NCBI GenBank assembly: GCA_951406725.2
Contig: OX597816.1
Coordinates: 68,572,001 to 68,636,000, forward strand
Direction of reading: 5' to 3'
Length of the DNA stretch: 64,000 nucleotides
Source of the DNA: Octopus vulgaris
Taxonomy: Eukaryota
Shown: positions 41,990 through 55,939 of the stretch, piece after piece
Layout of the letters: each line of letters opens with the position of its first letter
Numbering within the stretch: the first letter of the stretch is position 1
Translations under genes and position numbers: made by a program
Notes under the pieces: generated by a model
What the model saw: only the letters and a program-made list of their open reading frames with translations
What the model was told of the DNA's origin: nothing
Database searches by the model: none

Positions 41990-42200
41990 TGTTAACGCAG
42001 TAGTAAACAAATCTGACAGGTAGCCATTAAGTTTGTCGGACAGATCACAAAATCCAGTGATTTCGCCATGGGACAATTACTTAACATGTCTGTAACTTCA
42101 TTTGATGAAATCAGTTTCAAATTCTCTTTCCTTTTTTGTGCTGCACACTGATTTTCGAGCCAGAAGTTGCAGCAGACCATCCACGTCTACCGTGGCCAGT
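41990..42200. repeat. Unclassified interspersed repeat
   Basis: TAGTAAACAAATCTG..AAGTTTGTCGGACAGATC..AAATCCAGTGATTTCGC also occurs at ~46855-47040. Confidence 0.7.
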
Positions 42201-42748
42201 CTGCCAATCCTTCTGTGCAGTTCCTCAAAGTGCTGATTACCGTTCCATTTTTTAAAAATAAAAATATCACACGACCGTTCAAGAGTATTATAATCCCACA
42301 TTACAACCGCATCTTCTACTAGCCGGTTTCGGAAAGGGTAGGGGACATCATTTACTGTATTTTTATTCGTGTATTGATCGCACTATTTTACACTTGATTT
42401 TTGAATTGAAAAAACAAGGGGTGCGACTTATACGCGGGACAAACCTAAAACTATGAAGGGGAAAAACATTGTACCAAGATTTACCACTAGAAGTGTGAAG
42501 CATATATATGAGTGCAACTTATTCCCGAGTGAATACGGTGTCTGGTTTTCACTCAAAGATATTCAAGATTTTAGAACTGTTTCTCATGATTACGTCCGAT
42601 GTGCCCCTCAAGTATATTCACACTGGCTTTCTTCCTAAAATGCGTCAGGTCACCCATGATCGTTCTCAGAAGTTTTTGAATAAATTCCCGGCATCATTTC
42701 TATCAGAACTTTGTGCATTACTTATTTTCTTCACTACGTTCCCCTTCG

Positions 42749-43190
42749 TGGAGGCGCGTGGCTTAGTGGTTAGGGTATCAGCACCATGATCGTAAGATTG
42801 TGATTTCGATTCCTGGACCGAGCGACGCCTTCTATTCTTGAGCAAAACACTTCATTTCACGTTACTCCAGTCCACTCAGCTGGCAAAAAATGAGTAACGC
42901 TGCGATGACCTGGCGTCCCGTACAGCTGGGGAACACATACGCCATAGAAACCGGGAAACCGTGCCCATGAGCCTGGCTAGGCTTTAAAAGGGCGCAATTA
43001 TTATATTTATATATATATATCCTGGACCGAGCGACGTGTTGTGTTCTTGAGCAAAACACTTCATTTCCCGTTGCTCCAGTCCACTCAGCTGGCAAAAAAT
43101 GAATAACGCTGCGATGACCTGGGGAACACATACGCCATAGAAACCGGGAAACCGGGCCCATGAGCCTGGCTAGGCTTTAAAAAAGGGCGC
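42749..43190 (+). mobile_element. SINE family C with duplicated 3' body
   Basis: Head GGAGGCGCGTGGCTTAGTGG; the body repeats after a short (TA)n. Confidence 0.8.
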
Positions 43191-43668
43191 ATTTATTATT
43201 TTATTTACGTTCCCCTTTATATATCCAATCTGTCGTTATTTTAGCGATTTCTTTTTAATTATTGAAGATTTCCCTTAACACGCTGTCCATACGAACAGCA
43301 CTGAGCTTGTGGGAAGTTGAATGTTGCTATTGTTGGCTATTATAGTAGAACTTGTTGTTCCAATTATTTAAGCTATAGCGGAAGTTGTTTTTGCTTTTGT
43401 TGTCGTTAATGTTTTAGTTGGATAGTTGATAGACTCGTTTGATTCGGCAGGTGCTTTGTTTTTTCTTCTCAGTATTTTTGTATAATTTTTTCTTTTGTTA
43501 TTTTGCTAGACATTCGTTTGCTAAACAAATAGACAGTGGGAATTGAATTGCTCACGTCTCCTGTGCCGCGTCATATATATGTGTATGTATACGTATGTAG
43601 ATATCTATATCGATGTAAGTACTCATACATGTATGCTTATTTCTCTCTCCCCTCTCTCTCTATATATG

Positions 43669-43741
<73 letters not shown>

Positions 43742-43847
43742 CTGTGTGTGTGTATGTGTGTATGTATCTGTGTGTGTGCGCGTGCGTGTATATAAATCTT
43801 TTAACTCTCTGCCTTCATACATTCATACAAATAGAGACAGACAGACA

Positions 43848-43896
<49 letters not shown>

Positions 43897-44070
43897 ACAC
43901 ACTGCAAATGAATAAAAATACATTTACTTCTGTTAAGTAGACTAAAATAACAATTATTCATAGGTGAGTCCACGTGAGTGACTAAGACAACTAAAGAATT
44001 TCGAATAATGACAACACGTTGAGTAAAGGCGTTAACACACATATGTGCATGTATACATATATTTGTTTAC

Positions 44071-44151
<81 letters not shown>

Positions 44152-44163
44152 TATGTATGTATG

Positions 44164-44208
<45 letters not shown>

Positions 44209-44587
44209 GTGTATATATGTATGTATGTCCTCACTATTTGTTTCACTGTCCTGTTTATGTTACCAGCTTTTACCCTCCGCAAAATCCCAAATCATATTTT
44301 GGTTTACAGGAGCAATTGCTTTCTCGAAGGAACATATTGTTGTGAATTGCTCGAAATGTGGAGTAGATAAACAGTCGATAAGTGATGAAGGGTCGTTTCT
44401 TTATGTTACTTCTCTTGTTTTCCCTTTGTTTTTATCGTTGTTCGCAAAAGAAATTTTATTTTCGAACTTCATATTTGTTTAAATTTGTTTAAATTTTGTG
44501 CCGTCCTGTACTCATATATGCATATATATATGTACATATATATGTCAGTATGAACATATATGTATGTATATATGCCCATATGTATAT

Positions 44588-44623
<36 letters not shown>

Positions 44624-44868
44624 AATATAGATAAATAGATATGCGTATATGTTTATGTATAGAAAAGCATTGATTTTACATGTAAATGATATGACTGCGA
44701 GCTAAGAAGTTTGCTTCTCAGGCACATGATTGCGGGTCTAGTTCGTATGGCAGCTTGAGAAAATGTCTTTTACCATAGCCCCGGACCGAAGAAAGCTTAT
44801 AAATGGATTCGTCGCACATACACATAAAGATATATGCATGTGTATGCGTATGTATATATATATATATA

Positions 44869-46477
44869 CAGTTGCGGCCAAAATGTTCAGAAGGGCATTG
44901 TTTTCGTCAGAAAAGTAGGTATAAGTTTTTATCAAAGTTGTTTTATATTCTATAATTTTCACGGACAATAAATACAATATTAATTGTTATTGTCTGAGAT
45001 TTTGGTGTAATTTGAGGGGACAATACAAAAGTTATGGATGATTTAGTGATTTACTGCAAAACCTATGGCGGCCAAAATGATCAGAACAGTTGAAAAAATA
45101 ACAAAATAATCAAAAATGACAGCAAATACTGGAATTATTTAATATTTAGTGTGAAGTCCTTTAGCTTCAATCACACTCTGACATCTTCGACTGCATGAGG
45201 AAATTAAATTTTCAATTTCTTGCTGGGTGATCTTATTCCATTCTTCCTGAAGGGCATTCCATAATTGCTCAGTTGTTTTAGGATTTCTGGCTTTCGAACG
45301 TTCTCCTAGAATATTCCACACATTTTCAATAGGATTGAGATCTGGGCTTTGAGCTGGCCAATCCATAACAGTAACCTTTTCAGCCTTGAGGAAGTTCATG
45401 ACCACCTTAGTCTTGTGACATGGGGCATTGTCCTGCATGAATATGGGTGGTCGCTTAGTTGAATTTCTCAGCACAGGCAAGACATGATCTTTTACAAGTT
45501 GTTTATAAACTCCTGCATTTAACTTTCCATGTAATCACACCAAAGGGCCCACGCCATCTCCAGATATCATTCCCCAAACCATGACACTTCCTCCACCGAA
45601 TTTAACACTAGTCTTAAGGCATTTAGGCAACAATTTTTCACCTACTTTTCTACGAACGTACCTTTTCCCATCTGAGCCAAATAGCATAAACTGAAATGCA
45701 CCGTTTGCCATTTTTCTTGAGACCACAACACATGTTCGGTTGCAAAGGTAAGACGACACTTTTTATTCTTGGAGCTGATCAGTGGCTTCACTGCAGGTGC
45801 TCTTGCTTGTAGGTCATGGTCAACTAAACGACGAGACACAGTTTTTCGAGATAAAGTTTTCTTCAATACAATGCTCATTTTCCGAGAAACAACAGCAGCA
45901 GTTTTAAATCTGTCCTTTTTAATCAACTTTACCATAGCACGATCTTCTCTCTTGGTCGTTTTTCTTGGCCTACCTGTAAACTTTCTTGCTTCACACGAAC
46001 CACAATCATCGTAGACCTTAAGAATACCGTTTACAACACTTTTTGACTTGTTAACAATCTTTGCAATAGATCCAATTCTTAAATTATCCTTCCTTCGAAG
46101 CTTAATAATCTGCTGACGAATTGGTAACGGAGTAAGTGGCTTAATATTAACAAAGTACACTGCAAATATTCTTACTAATGTTTAGTAAACGAACCGTCAC
46201 GTAAACAAATTCAAAACATTAGAGTTCGCCGGTTAAACATACTAAAACACGGAGTAAAAGCAATCGTTCTGATCATTTTGGCCGCCATGGGTTTTGCAGT
46301 AAATCACTAAATCATCCATAACTTTTGTATTATCCGCTCAAATTACACCAAAATCTCAGGCAATAACAAATAATTTATTGTCTGTGAAAATTATAGAATG
46401 TAAAACAACTTTGATAAAAAATTATATCTACTTTTCTGACGAAAACAATGCCGTTCTTAACATTTTGGCCGCAACTG
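44869..46477 (-). mobile_element. Full-length Tc1-like (DD34E) transposon with ~215-bp IR/DR-type TIRs
   Basis: TA|CAGTTGCGGCCAAAATG ... CATTTTGGCCGCAACTG|TA; TIRs 44869-45087 and 46266-46477. Confidence 0.93.
45139..46160 (-). pseudogene. Tc1 transposase pseudogene
   Basis: GRPRKTT, VKFGGGSVMVWG, FMQDNAPCH, WPAQSPDLNPIENVW with 34 residues between D and E; first catalytic D deleted with a frameshift near 45690; stop at 45535-45537. Confidence 0.92.
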
Positions 46478-46494
46478 TATATGTGTGTGTATGT

Positions 46495-46544
<50 letters not shown>

Positions 46545-47051
46545 CTCACATACATACATATATATATGCTGGGTTCTCCTGCTGAGAATAAAGTATGAGC
46601 ATTTAAACAGTTAGGCTCATCTTCTTATGGAATTGGTTTGGATGTGACTCAGTATTCGATAGACGTGTCTTTCTTTAACGTAATTGTCAGATAGGGTCAC
46701 CGTGACACACTCTTTCAACGCTAGATCACTGAATTATATTTGCAGTGGCGCCAACGGTCTGCTACATAATTTTTTCTCCATTGTCACTCGTACGTTTGTT
46801 CAACGCTTGTCCCGTGGTTCTAAAGGACATCCTGCTGATATAATGAGAACCGTCAACACACTAGTAAACAAATCTGGCATGTACTATTCAAGTTTGTCGG
46901 ACAGATCTTCAAATCCAGTGATTTCGCAATTGTACAGCTACTGAATATTTCTGTAGCTTCATTTCTTAAAATCGGCTTTGTTTTAAACTACGCTCTACAT
47001 CTAGAGCAAATGTTGCAGTAGACCATCGAAGTCTATCATAACCAGTCCAGC

Positions 47052-47420
47052 GTAGGAGTGGCTGTGTGGTAAGTAGCTTGCTTACGAACCACATGGTTCC
47101 GTGTTCAGTCCCACTGCATGACACTTTGGGCAAGTGTTGTCTACTATAGCCTCAGCTCGACCAAAGCCTTGTGACTGGATTTGATAGATGGAAACTGAAA
47201 GAAGCCCGTCGTATATATGTATATATATATACATATATATACATATGTATGTGTCTGTATATGTTTGTGTGTCTGTGTTTGTTTCGAAATTCCCCCAGGA
47301 CATCTGATGAAGGCTGGAGAGTATATCAGCCAAAACATGTTAACAACAAACAAAATGAGGGTAAATATCCGACAAATGTAAATAATGTACATAATTCCTC
47401 ATCTCTCAAATATAGAACTG

Positions 47421-47486
<66 letters not shown>

Positions 47487-47740
47487 GCACGCACACACAT
47501 ATATAAATGTGTGTGCATTTATGCATGTATGTATATATGTATGTGTGTCTATGTGTCCTTGTCTGTCCCCGTCATCGCTTAACAACCGGTGTTGTCGTGT
47601 TTACTTCCCCGTAAATAAGAGGTTCGGCAAAAGATACCGATAAAAAAAAGGCTAGTCTTTAAAAAAAGTAAGTGCCGGTGTCTATTCGCTCGACGAAAAG
47701 TTTTTAAGGCGGTACCCCAGCTTGGCCGCAGTCTAATGAG
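47052..47740 (+). mobile_element. SINE family B interrupted by nested insertions
   Basis: Head at 47052; 3' part resumes near 47560 after an inserted segment. Confidence 0.7.
47299..47341 (+). ncRNA. Degenerate hammerhead-like motif
   Basis: acat CTGATGA aggctg gagagtatat cagcc AAAA catgt; GAAA is mutated; segment ends in (TA)n at ~47424. Confidence 0.35.
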
Positions 47741-47743
47741 ATA

Positions 47744-48020
47744 CAGTAATCCCTCGCCATATCGCAGTTCACCTATCGCGGTTCACCTATCGCGATTCAC
47801 CTATCGCAGTTCACCTATCACGTTCGCCTATCGTGGTTTATTATTTAAGCTTACGTCGATTCCTCCGTGGTGTTGTTTTGCATTTATCATAAAATAAATA
47901 TATACAAATTATGAAAATGACAAAAAACAAATGCGATACAGTGCTGTTCCTACTTCGCGGAATTTCACCTATCCCGGGATGTATGGGAACGTAATACCCG
48001 CGATAGTCGAGAAATTACTG
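47744..48020. mobile_element. Tigger/pogo-type MITE
   Basis: Imperfect TIRs CAGTAATCCCTCG..ATCGC / GCGATAGTCGAGAAATTACTG; internal 14-bp tandem TTCACCTATCGCRG. Confidence 0.7.
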
Positions 48021-48547
48021 TTACGCGTAACAAGCAAAAGAAACTAAACGGAATATACACTCGAGCACACGGACGGACAAGAGAATGGATGTGTTTTAGA
48101 ATATCACTACGCAACCTCTTGGTTTAGTGTTCGATAATACGCACATGCATTCTAGCGAGTATCTTTGATTGTAACTTATAGATAACTTCTAAGAAGGTCT
48201 TAATTGAGAAACGTTATGTTGAATTCTGCCATGTGCATGTCTGTGTGCGTGTGAGTGTGTACATACAAGCATACATATATATATTTATACGCACATAATT
48301 TCAAACGTATACATATGTACACCCATTTGCACCTAATTACTCCTATTTGTCAACAGCATGAAACTTTCCCCGGGGCAAAACACAGGTTCGAATATACTTC
48401 AAACGTATTTGAGCTAGTAACAAGTTTGTGTGTATCTGTATCTATGTATCCACACACACACACACACACAGACACACATACACAGACACAGACACACACA
48501 CATACACACACACACACACATACGCACACACATACATGACTGTGTAT

Positions 48548-49244
48548 TGGCGCAGGTGTGGGTGTGTGGTAAGAAGCTTGCCTTGTGAGTGGATTTGGTA
48601 GACGGAAACTGAATGAAACCCTAAATGTGTGTGTGTGTGCGCGCGTGTGTTGTGCGCGTTGTGTGTGTTTTTTTTGTGTGTGTGTGTGTCTTAGCGTCTG
48701 TCTTTATCCCTCTCCACTAACTGACAACCGGTGTTGGTTTGTTACGTCCCCGTAACTTAGCGGTTCGGCAAATAGACCAACAGGATAAGTACCGGGCTTA
48801 AAAGAAAAAGAAAAAAAATATTACAGGGGTCAATTTGTTCGTCTAAAAGATCTTCAATGTGGTGCCCCAGTATGGCCGCAGTCTGATAAGTGAGACAAGT
48901 AAAAGAATAAAAAAAAGTACAAACACACATGGATAGAGCCAAGGACACACCCATGTACACACGTTTATATTTATATCAGTTATATAAATGGCGGTGCTCC
49001 CGCATGGCCGCAGTCAAAGATCTGAAAAATGTAAAAGAATGTTTATATATATTCTTTTATTTGTTTCAGACATTTGACTCTGGCCATGCCGGAGCGCCGG
49101 CTATAGTCCAGCAAATCGACCCCAGGACTTATTCTTTGTAACCACAGTACTTATTCTATCGGTCTCTTTTGACGAACCGCTACTTACGGGGACGAAAACA
49201 CACCAGCATCAAGCGATGTTGAGGGGACAAACACAGACACTCAA

Positions 49245-49277
<33 letters not shown>

Positions 49278-49451
49278 CACATATATATATACACGACGGG
49301 CTTCTTTCAGTTTCCGTCTACTAAATTCACTCACAAGGCTTTGGTCGGTCCGAGGCTATAGTAGAATACACTTGTCCCAGTTACCACGCAGTGGGACTAA
49401 ACCCGGAACCATGTAGTTGGTAAACAAGCTACTTACCACACAGCCACTCCT
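48548..49451. mobile_element. Two SINE family B copies, tail to tail (+ 48548-48910, - 49050-49451)
   Basis: Homology to other family B copies. Confidence 0.75.
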
Positions 49452-50412
49452 TATATTTATATTTATATAATTTTTCCATATCCACAAGTTGTCTGTGTTT
49501 ACGAATTTTCTCATAATGTGTGCATTTTATGGCTCGTAATACAATTAAAGGACAATGCTGTGGGGTTGATTACCGGTACGTCAGTATGACGGTAATGTGA
49601 TAAACGATACGATTCAAACATATAAATATATACATACAGACATAAGTAAATGCATACACATGTTTACAAATGTCCATATGTACATACATACTCATTCATA
49701 TACACATACATACACACTCTTGTATACATACATACATACATGCATACAAGCACATGCGCATACTTGCATACATATCTTCGAAGCTACATAGGTGCACACG
49801 TGCATGCATTTATATGTACATACACATTTATACATATACCTACACACATTTGCTCACACACACGCGCACACGCACACACACACACACAAACATACATACA
49901 CACATATATTTATGTTTCTTTATTAGCCACACAGGGCTGGACACAGACGGGACAAATTACTAAGTAGAGCTTTTCTTTTTGGGAAGAGAAATTAAAAAGA
50001 ATAAAAGGTGGGGTAGGTTTTCGATCCAAAGGGATGGTAGAAAGGAAGAAAAAAAAAACAAGAAAAACGAAAAAAAGAAAAGAAAAAAAAACGATCAATA
50101 AGGATCGTGTATCACAGAAATGTCAATCGAACTCGGCAAGCACGCTAGATCTACGAACTAAAGTGTAAAATTTATATTAATGAAATCACAGTCGTTCTTT
50201 TTCTTTTTTCAAATATAACAAACTGTACCAAGGATCTCACATATTTTCCAATACATACATACATACATACATACATACATACATACATACATACATACAT
50301 ACATACATACATACATACATACACACACACATACATACATACATATATACATATTAAGAAGATCTAAATCGGAAATGGATGCGTGGCGTTCAATCATATG
50401 GTAATATAAATA

Positions 50413-50444
<32 letters not shown>

Positions 50445-50459
50445 AGATATAATGTATAC

Positions 50460-50513
<54 letters not shown>

Positions 50514-51128
50514 ATTGCATATGTATATGCATCTATATATAGTATTGTTCATATATAAACGTATATATATATATATAAATATATATATATACATATCTAA
50601 GCAAATATGTGTACGTATGTATGTAGGTAGGTACGTATGTAGGTATGTATATCTGTCCACATAAATCAGTGTGCTGGTTTATGTATATACGTATGAGTGA
50701 ATGTGTGTATGTGTGCGTGTGTGTGTTTGTGTGTGTGCGTGTGTGTGTGTGTGTGTATAGTTTTTGTTTTCCGGTGGTATTAATTTGACAAGGATGTGCG
50801 TGTGTTCGTTTTCTTTTCACAGCCTATTGTTTACAAATTGGTGAACCACCTTAGCGTGTTACAGCACAAGGAGAGAGAAATACGTCAGCTGATGAGTCGT
50901 AACTTATTCTCATCTCCATGTGCATCTCTACGTACTACTATACGTGTGTGTGTGTGTGTGTGTGTTTGATCTTTATGATAATTTTTTGATTAGTGGTTTG
51001 AGAGGTAGTGACAGTGCAATGACCAACAGAACCAACAGACTGATAAACTCGTTGTATGAGCGTATGAGAGCGTGTGTATAGATCCTTATATATATATATA
51101 TACATAAATATAACTATATATAAATGTG

Positions 51129-51184
<56 letters not shown>

Positions 51185-51409
51185 CACGTATACGTCTATA
51201 TATAGTTATCTTTATATATAAACATATATGTAGCTAAGTAAATATATATATATATAGTATTTGTTGCCACTTCAAGATGACTGTTCCGCACGGAACAACG
51301 TTAACACACTTTTTTAACCCCAGGAGAATACCTCCTCCAGCTGGCTAACGACGTGACCTGTTTCTGATAGATTGCGCGTTGGGGTGGGGGGCAACCTCTT
51401 GCATCTAGC

Positions 51410-51469
51410 GATTTGACCGGACCATTAGATCAGTCAGGTTTCAGGGTAATTTTCCCTTCTTCAGAACTC
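51410..51469 (-). ncRNA. Type I hammerhead ribozyme with full stem III
   Basis: Minus strand: gagtt CTGAAGA aggg aaaatta ccct GAAA cc t gact gatctaat ggtc c gg TC aaatc; intact core, GUC triplet, stem I has one mismatch. Confidence 0.65.
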
Positions 51470-51572
51470 TCAATATATCGGGCGCATGTTGTGTCGTTGA
51501 CTCGCTGGAGGAGGCGTTCTGCTGTGGTGTTACTACTTACATCTCTTCCAAAGATTATAGAACTAGCTACAT

Positions 51573-51642
<70 letters not shown>

Positions 51643-51896
51643 ATAGGCAAGTCGAACAACAAAAGTTGAACATTAACAATCAAACATTATAAGCAACAAG
51701 AGGAAAAGAGAGTGACAAGGGGTTGCAGAAAAAGTTTATGCCTTAAAGGACCTCGCGAAAGGGCTGGTAGGAGGCCGAGCCTTCCGAGTTCCTTTACAAA
51801 GCTTATGAAAACTGAAGGACCGCTGCAATAACTTATTTTTCTGTATATTTTTTACGCAAAACTCGGAACTCTTCAGCACCCTCGAAAATATATCTA

Positions 51897-51965
<69 letters not shown>

Positions 51966-52115
51966 GTCTGCCTATCTATCTATTTTTTTTTTTGCATTTG
52001 CTTTCCTCTTTCTTTCCCATTTGATCGAACCCCCCCTTTTTTTATCCCCAAAAGAAAGCTTTACCTTTTAATTTGTCCCGTCTGTGTGCAGCCCCGTGTG
52101 GCTAATTAAGAAACA

Positions 52116-52186
<71 letters not shown>

Positions 52187-52267
52187 ATTTATATGTATAA
52201 TTACATTTGTATACATATTAAATACGTCTCTATATAAAAAGGGTATGTGTGTGTGTGTGTATGTGTG

Positions 52268-52310
<43 letters not shown>

Positions 52311-52467
52311 AGTGAGACATATACACATCTTTGTGCGATTGTAGCTACCAAGTAGGACACAGTGAGCAAAGTGACCTCATATTACATATTACATTTATTA
52401 GCTCACTGTGTGACCGCAATGACAAAAGCTCAGACCGCCCTGCGAAGCCGGTGAATAGAAACAGAAA

Positions 52468-52624
52468 ATGAAATGAAATAACAGTCGCCCTTCTAACCAA
52501 AGGAACGAAGCCGGAAGTTTTGTCGGAGCAGTGTAGCGGGTTATATGAAATGAAATAACAGTCGCCCTTCTACCAAAGGAACGAAGCCGGAAGTTTTGTC
52601 GGAGCAGTGTAGCGGGTTATATGA
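52468..52624 (+). repeat. ~77-bp tandem duplication
   Basis: ATGAAATGAAATAACAGTCGCCCTTCTA..GTGTAGCGGGTTAT occurs twice. Confidence 0.92.
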
Positions 52625-52839
52625 ACCCCAGCGTTCGATTTGTACTTCTCTCATGAACTTCTAAGAAGGTCTTAATTGAGAAACGCTATGTTGAATTCTA
52701 TGATGAGAAGTCTCCCGCGGTGGAATTTGAACTCAGAACGTAAAAGACAGACGAAATGAGGCTAAGTTATCTGCCTCGCATGCTAACGGCGATGCCAAGC
52801 TCATCATCGATTTAAGTAAGCATAATAATAATAATGATG

Positions 52840-52908
<69 letters not shown>

Positions 52909-53278
52909 TAAAAGTATTCAATCAGCGCTTCGACATGCACCGGTTTGTATCGGTACGAAACTCCAGACCAATCAGTTACTCAGATACTGCTACTACTACA
53001 ATTATACGTAACATAAGAATACACAGTTGTTCGTATACATAGACGTTTTCATATATATATATATATAGCATATATATATATATGTATAGCATGCATGCAT
53101 GCCTTGGCGTGGCTGCGTGGTTATGAGGTACGCTCTGCAGCCACGTGGTCTCAGGTTCATTCCCAGTGTGCAATATCTTGCGAAAGCGTGTTCTTACTTT
53201 AGCCCCCGGCCCGACCAGTAGCGTGCGAGCCAATTTGATAGACGGAAACAGTGTGGGAACCACGTATGTCTGTATATA

Positions 53279-53339
<61 letters not shown>

Positions 53340-53506
53340 GTCTGTCTGTATGTATGTATGTATATATATATGTATGTATGTATATATACATATATATATA
53401 TATATGTTTATATATATATATATATATATTTATATGTATATATATGTATATATATATGTATATATATGTATATATATATGTATGTATATATATGTATATA
53501 TATATA

Positions 53507-53559
<53 letters not shown>

Positions 53560-54005
53560 GCACACATCTTATTTTGAGCTTTATTATTCCTTTACGTATA
53601 TATTATTTATATATATATATATATATATATACATATATAAACACACGCTTATGTGTATACACACACATACACACATATACATACATGTGTATGTATATGT
53701 ATATATACGTATGAATGTTACATATCCATTTATACAACTTTCGCGTGTATATATGCATCTGTTTTATTTGTGTATTTGTGTTGCGGTTGTCTACCCACCG
53801 CTTGACAGCCGCCGTTTCTTTGTTTACATCCCAGGAACATAACATAACATAGCGGTTCGGCATAAGGGTCCGCTAGAATAAGAACCAGCCTTAAAGACAA
53901 ATAAAATACAAAAGGCCAATTTGTTCGACTTGCGATCACTGACGCCGGGCACCCCCAGCGAAGCCCGCTGTCCGTAAAGGATACAAAAATTTATAAATAA
54001 ATAAA

Positions 54006-54420
54006 TAGGAGTGGCTGTGTGGTAAGTAGCTTGCTTACCAACCACATGGTTCCTTGTTCAGTCCCACTGCGTGGGTCCTTGGTCAAGTGTCTTCTACTAT
54101 ATATAGCCTTGGGCCGACCAAATCCTTGTGAGTGGATTTTTGTAGATGGAGACTGAAAGAAGCCCATCGTATATGTGTATATATATATATATATGTATGT
54201 GTGTGTGCGTTTATGTGTTTGTATTTGTTCTCCCAACATCGCTTGATAACCGATGCTGGTGTGTTTACGTCCCCGTAAATTAGCGATTCGGCAAAAAAAA
54301 AACCGATAGAATAAGTACTAGGCTTACAAAGAATAAGTCCTAGGGTCGATTTGCTCGATTGACTAAAGGCGGTGCTCCAGCATGGCCGCAGTCAAATGAC
54401 TGGAGCAAGTTTAACGAGTA
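54006..54420 (+). mobile_element. SINE family B
   Basis: Full head GGAGTGGCTGTGTGGTAAG through tail GCAGTCAAATGACTG. Confidence 0.82.
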
Positions 54421-54819
54421 AACGAGAGATAAATAAATAAAAGATTCGAGAGCGGAGAAATATATATTTCATATTTAAGAATAACAACATCGTTAACTCA
54501 CCTTGTTTTGGATTTTAAATGTGTGTTCCCCTTACAAAAAACATGTGCTTCTCTGCTAGCTGAAACCATCTCCGACAGCGGTAATTCAGTGAAGTGTGTT
54601 GTTATCAGCTGTGCTGCGTTGTGCCGTACAAACAACAAGCTGTACTGCTGCTGCTACTTACGTAATATGCATTTAAGCTACAACAGCCTCATAGAAGAAT
54701 TGTCGCTTAACTTTTTCCCTCTCTTAAGATTGATTGAGAATTTTTACAATTTTACAGCTCAAACACTTGTTTGAAGACGAAGGTATATTGCCGTTTAGTT
54801 AATATATTGACGCACGAAC

Positions 54820-54883
<64 letters not shown>

Positions 54884-55020
54884 ATATGAATATATATAAA
54901 AGTCTATGTACGTGTACAAAAGTGTGTGTGTTTGTGTGTATGTGTGTAAAATGTATGTCTGGATGTTTGTATATCTGATTATGGATAGATGATGGATCGA
55001 AGTGTCTCCGTATGTACGTA

Positions 55021-55051
<31 letters not shown>

Positions 55052-55122
55052 TTATTATATATGAGTGTAATATGTGTACGAGTGTATCTATATTTGTCTG
55101 ATTTTCATGGATGTACGTACGT

Positions 55123-55197
<75 letters not shown>

Positions 55198-55281
55198 TGT
55201 ATGTATGTATGTATGTATGTTAATAGTTATGCATACATATGTATATGTGTGTGATATCTGTGATGCAAATAAGCCACCCTA

Positions 55282-55349
<68 letters not shown>

Positions 55350-55939
55350 ACGCTTTTATTTACTTATTTATGTGCGTATATATTTATGCACGGTTTGTTC
55401 AGACGCGAGTATGTGGATGTGTATATGTGTTTGTGTATATGCTATTACATGCTCGTATGTTATTGTGTGTGCGAGTGTGTGAGTGTGTGCGAGTGTGTGT
55501 GCGGGTGAAAGAGGTGTCTCGCTAAGTGCGTACGCCTCTGTCCATGTGTGTACGTGGCTTTATGTGAACTAAATCTGTGTGTTTGTGGTATGTCTGCGTG
55601 TGTGTATCTTAGCATCAATGTTGCTAGTGCTGATATAAAACTTGTTAAACGGATGCACTCGTTTAACACATTTATGTTTATTGTTGTCAAATCGGAGTTG
55701 CACAAACTTCCTTGATCGAAAGACTGCCGACAATTACTCTCCAGACGTTTTACGAACAATGTATCGGATTAATTCATCCAACGTGTTTATCCGTCGTTAA
55801 GCCGGTAGCAAGTAATGCGAACGAGATTCCGGCTGTTATTTCTAGCAATTTTCATCGGTGGTTCCTGTCTGCGTTTTGTTGATGTTAGTATATAATGAGA
55901 CAGAGTGAATCCTTCACATTTTTTACTGCACCAGGAAGC

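Noticed and set aside
47760-47836. Short tandem repeats resembling a CRISPR array
   Set aside because: 14-bp contiguous units without spacers inside a MITE; eukaryotic context with no cas genes
50889-50930. CTGATGA motif (a similar case occurs at ~63324)
   Set aside because: No compatible GAAA, UH and stem arrangement
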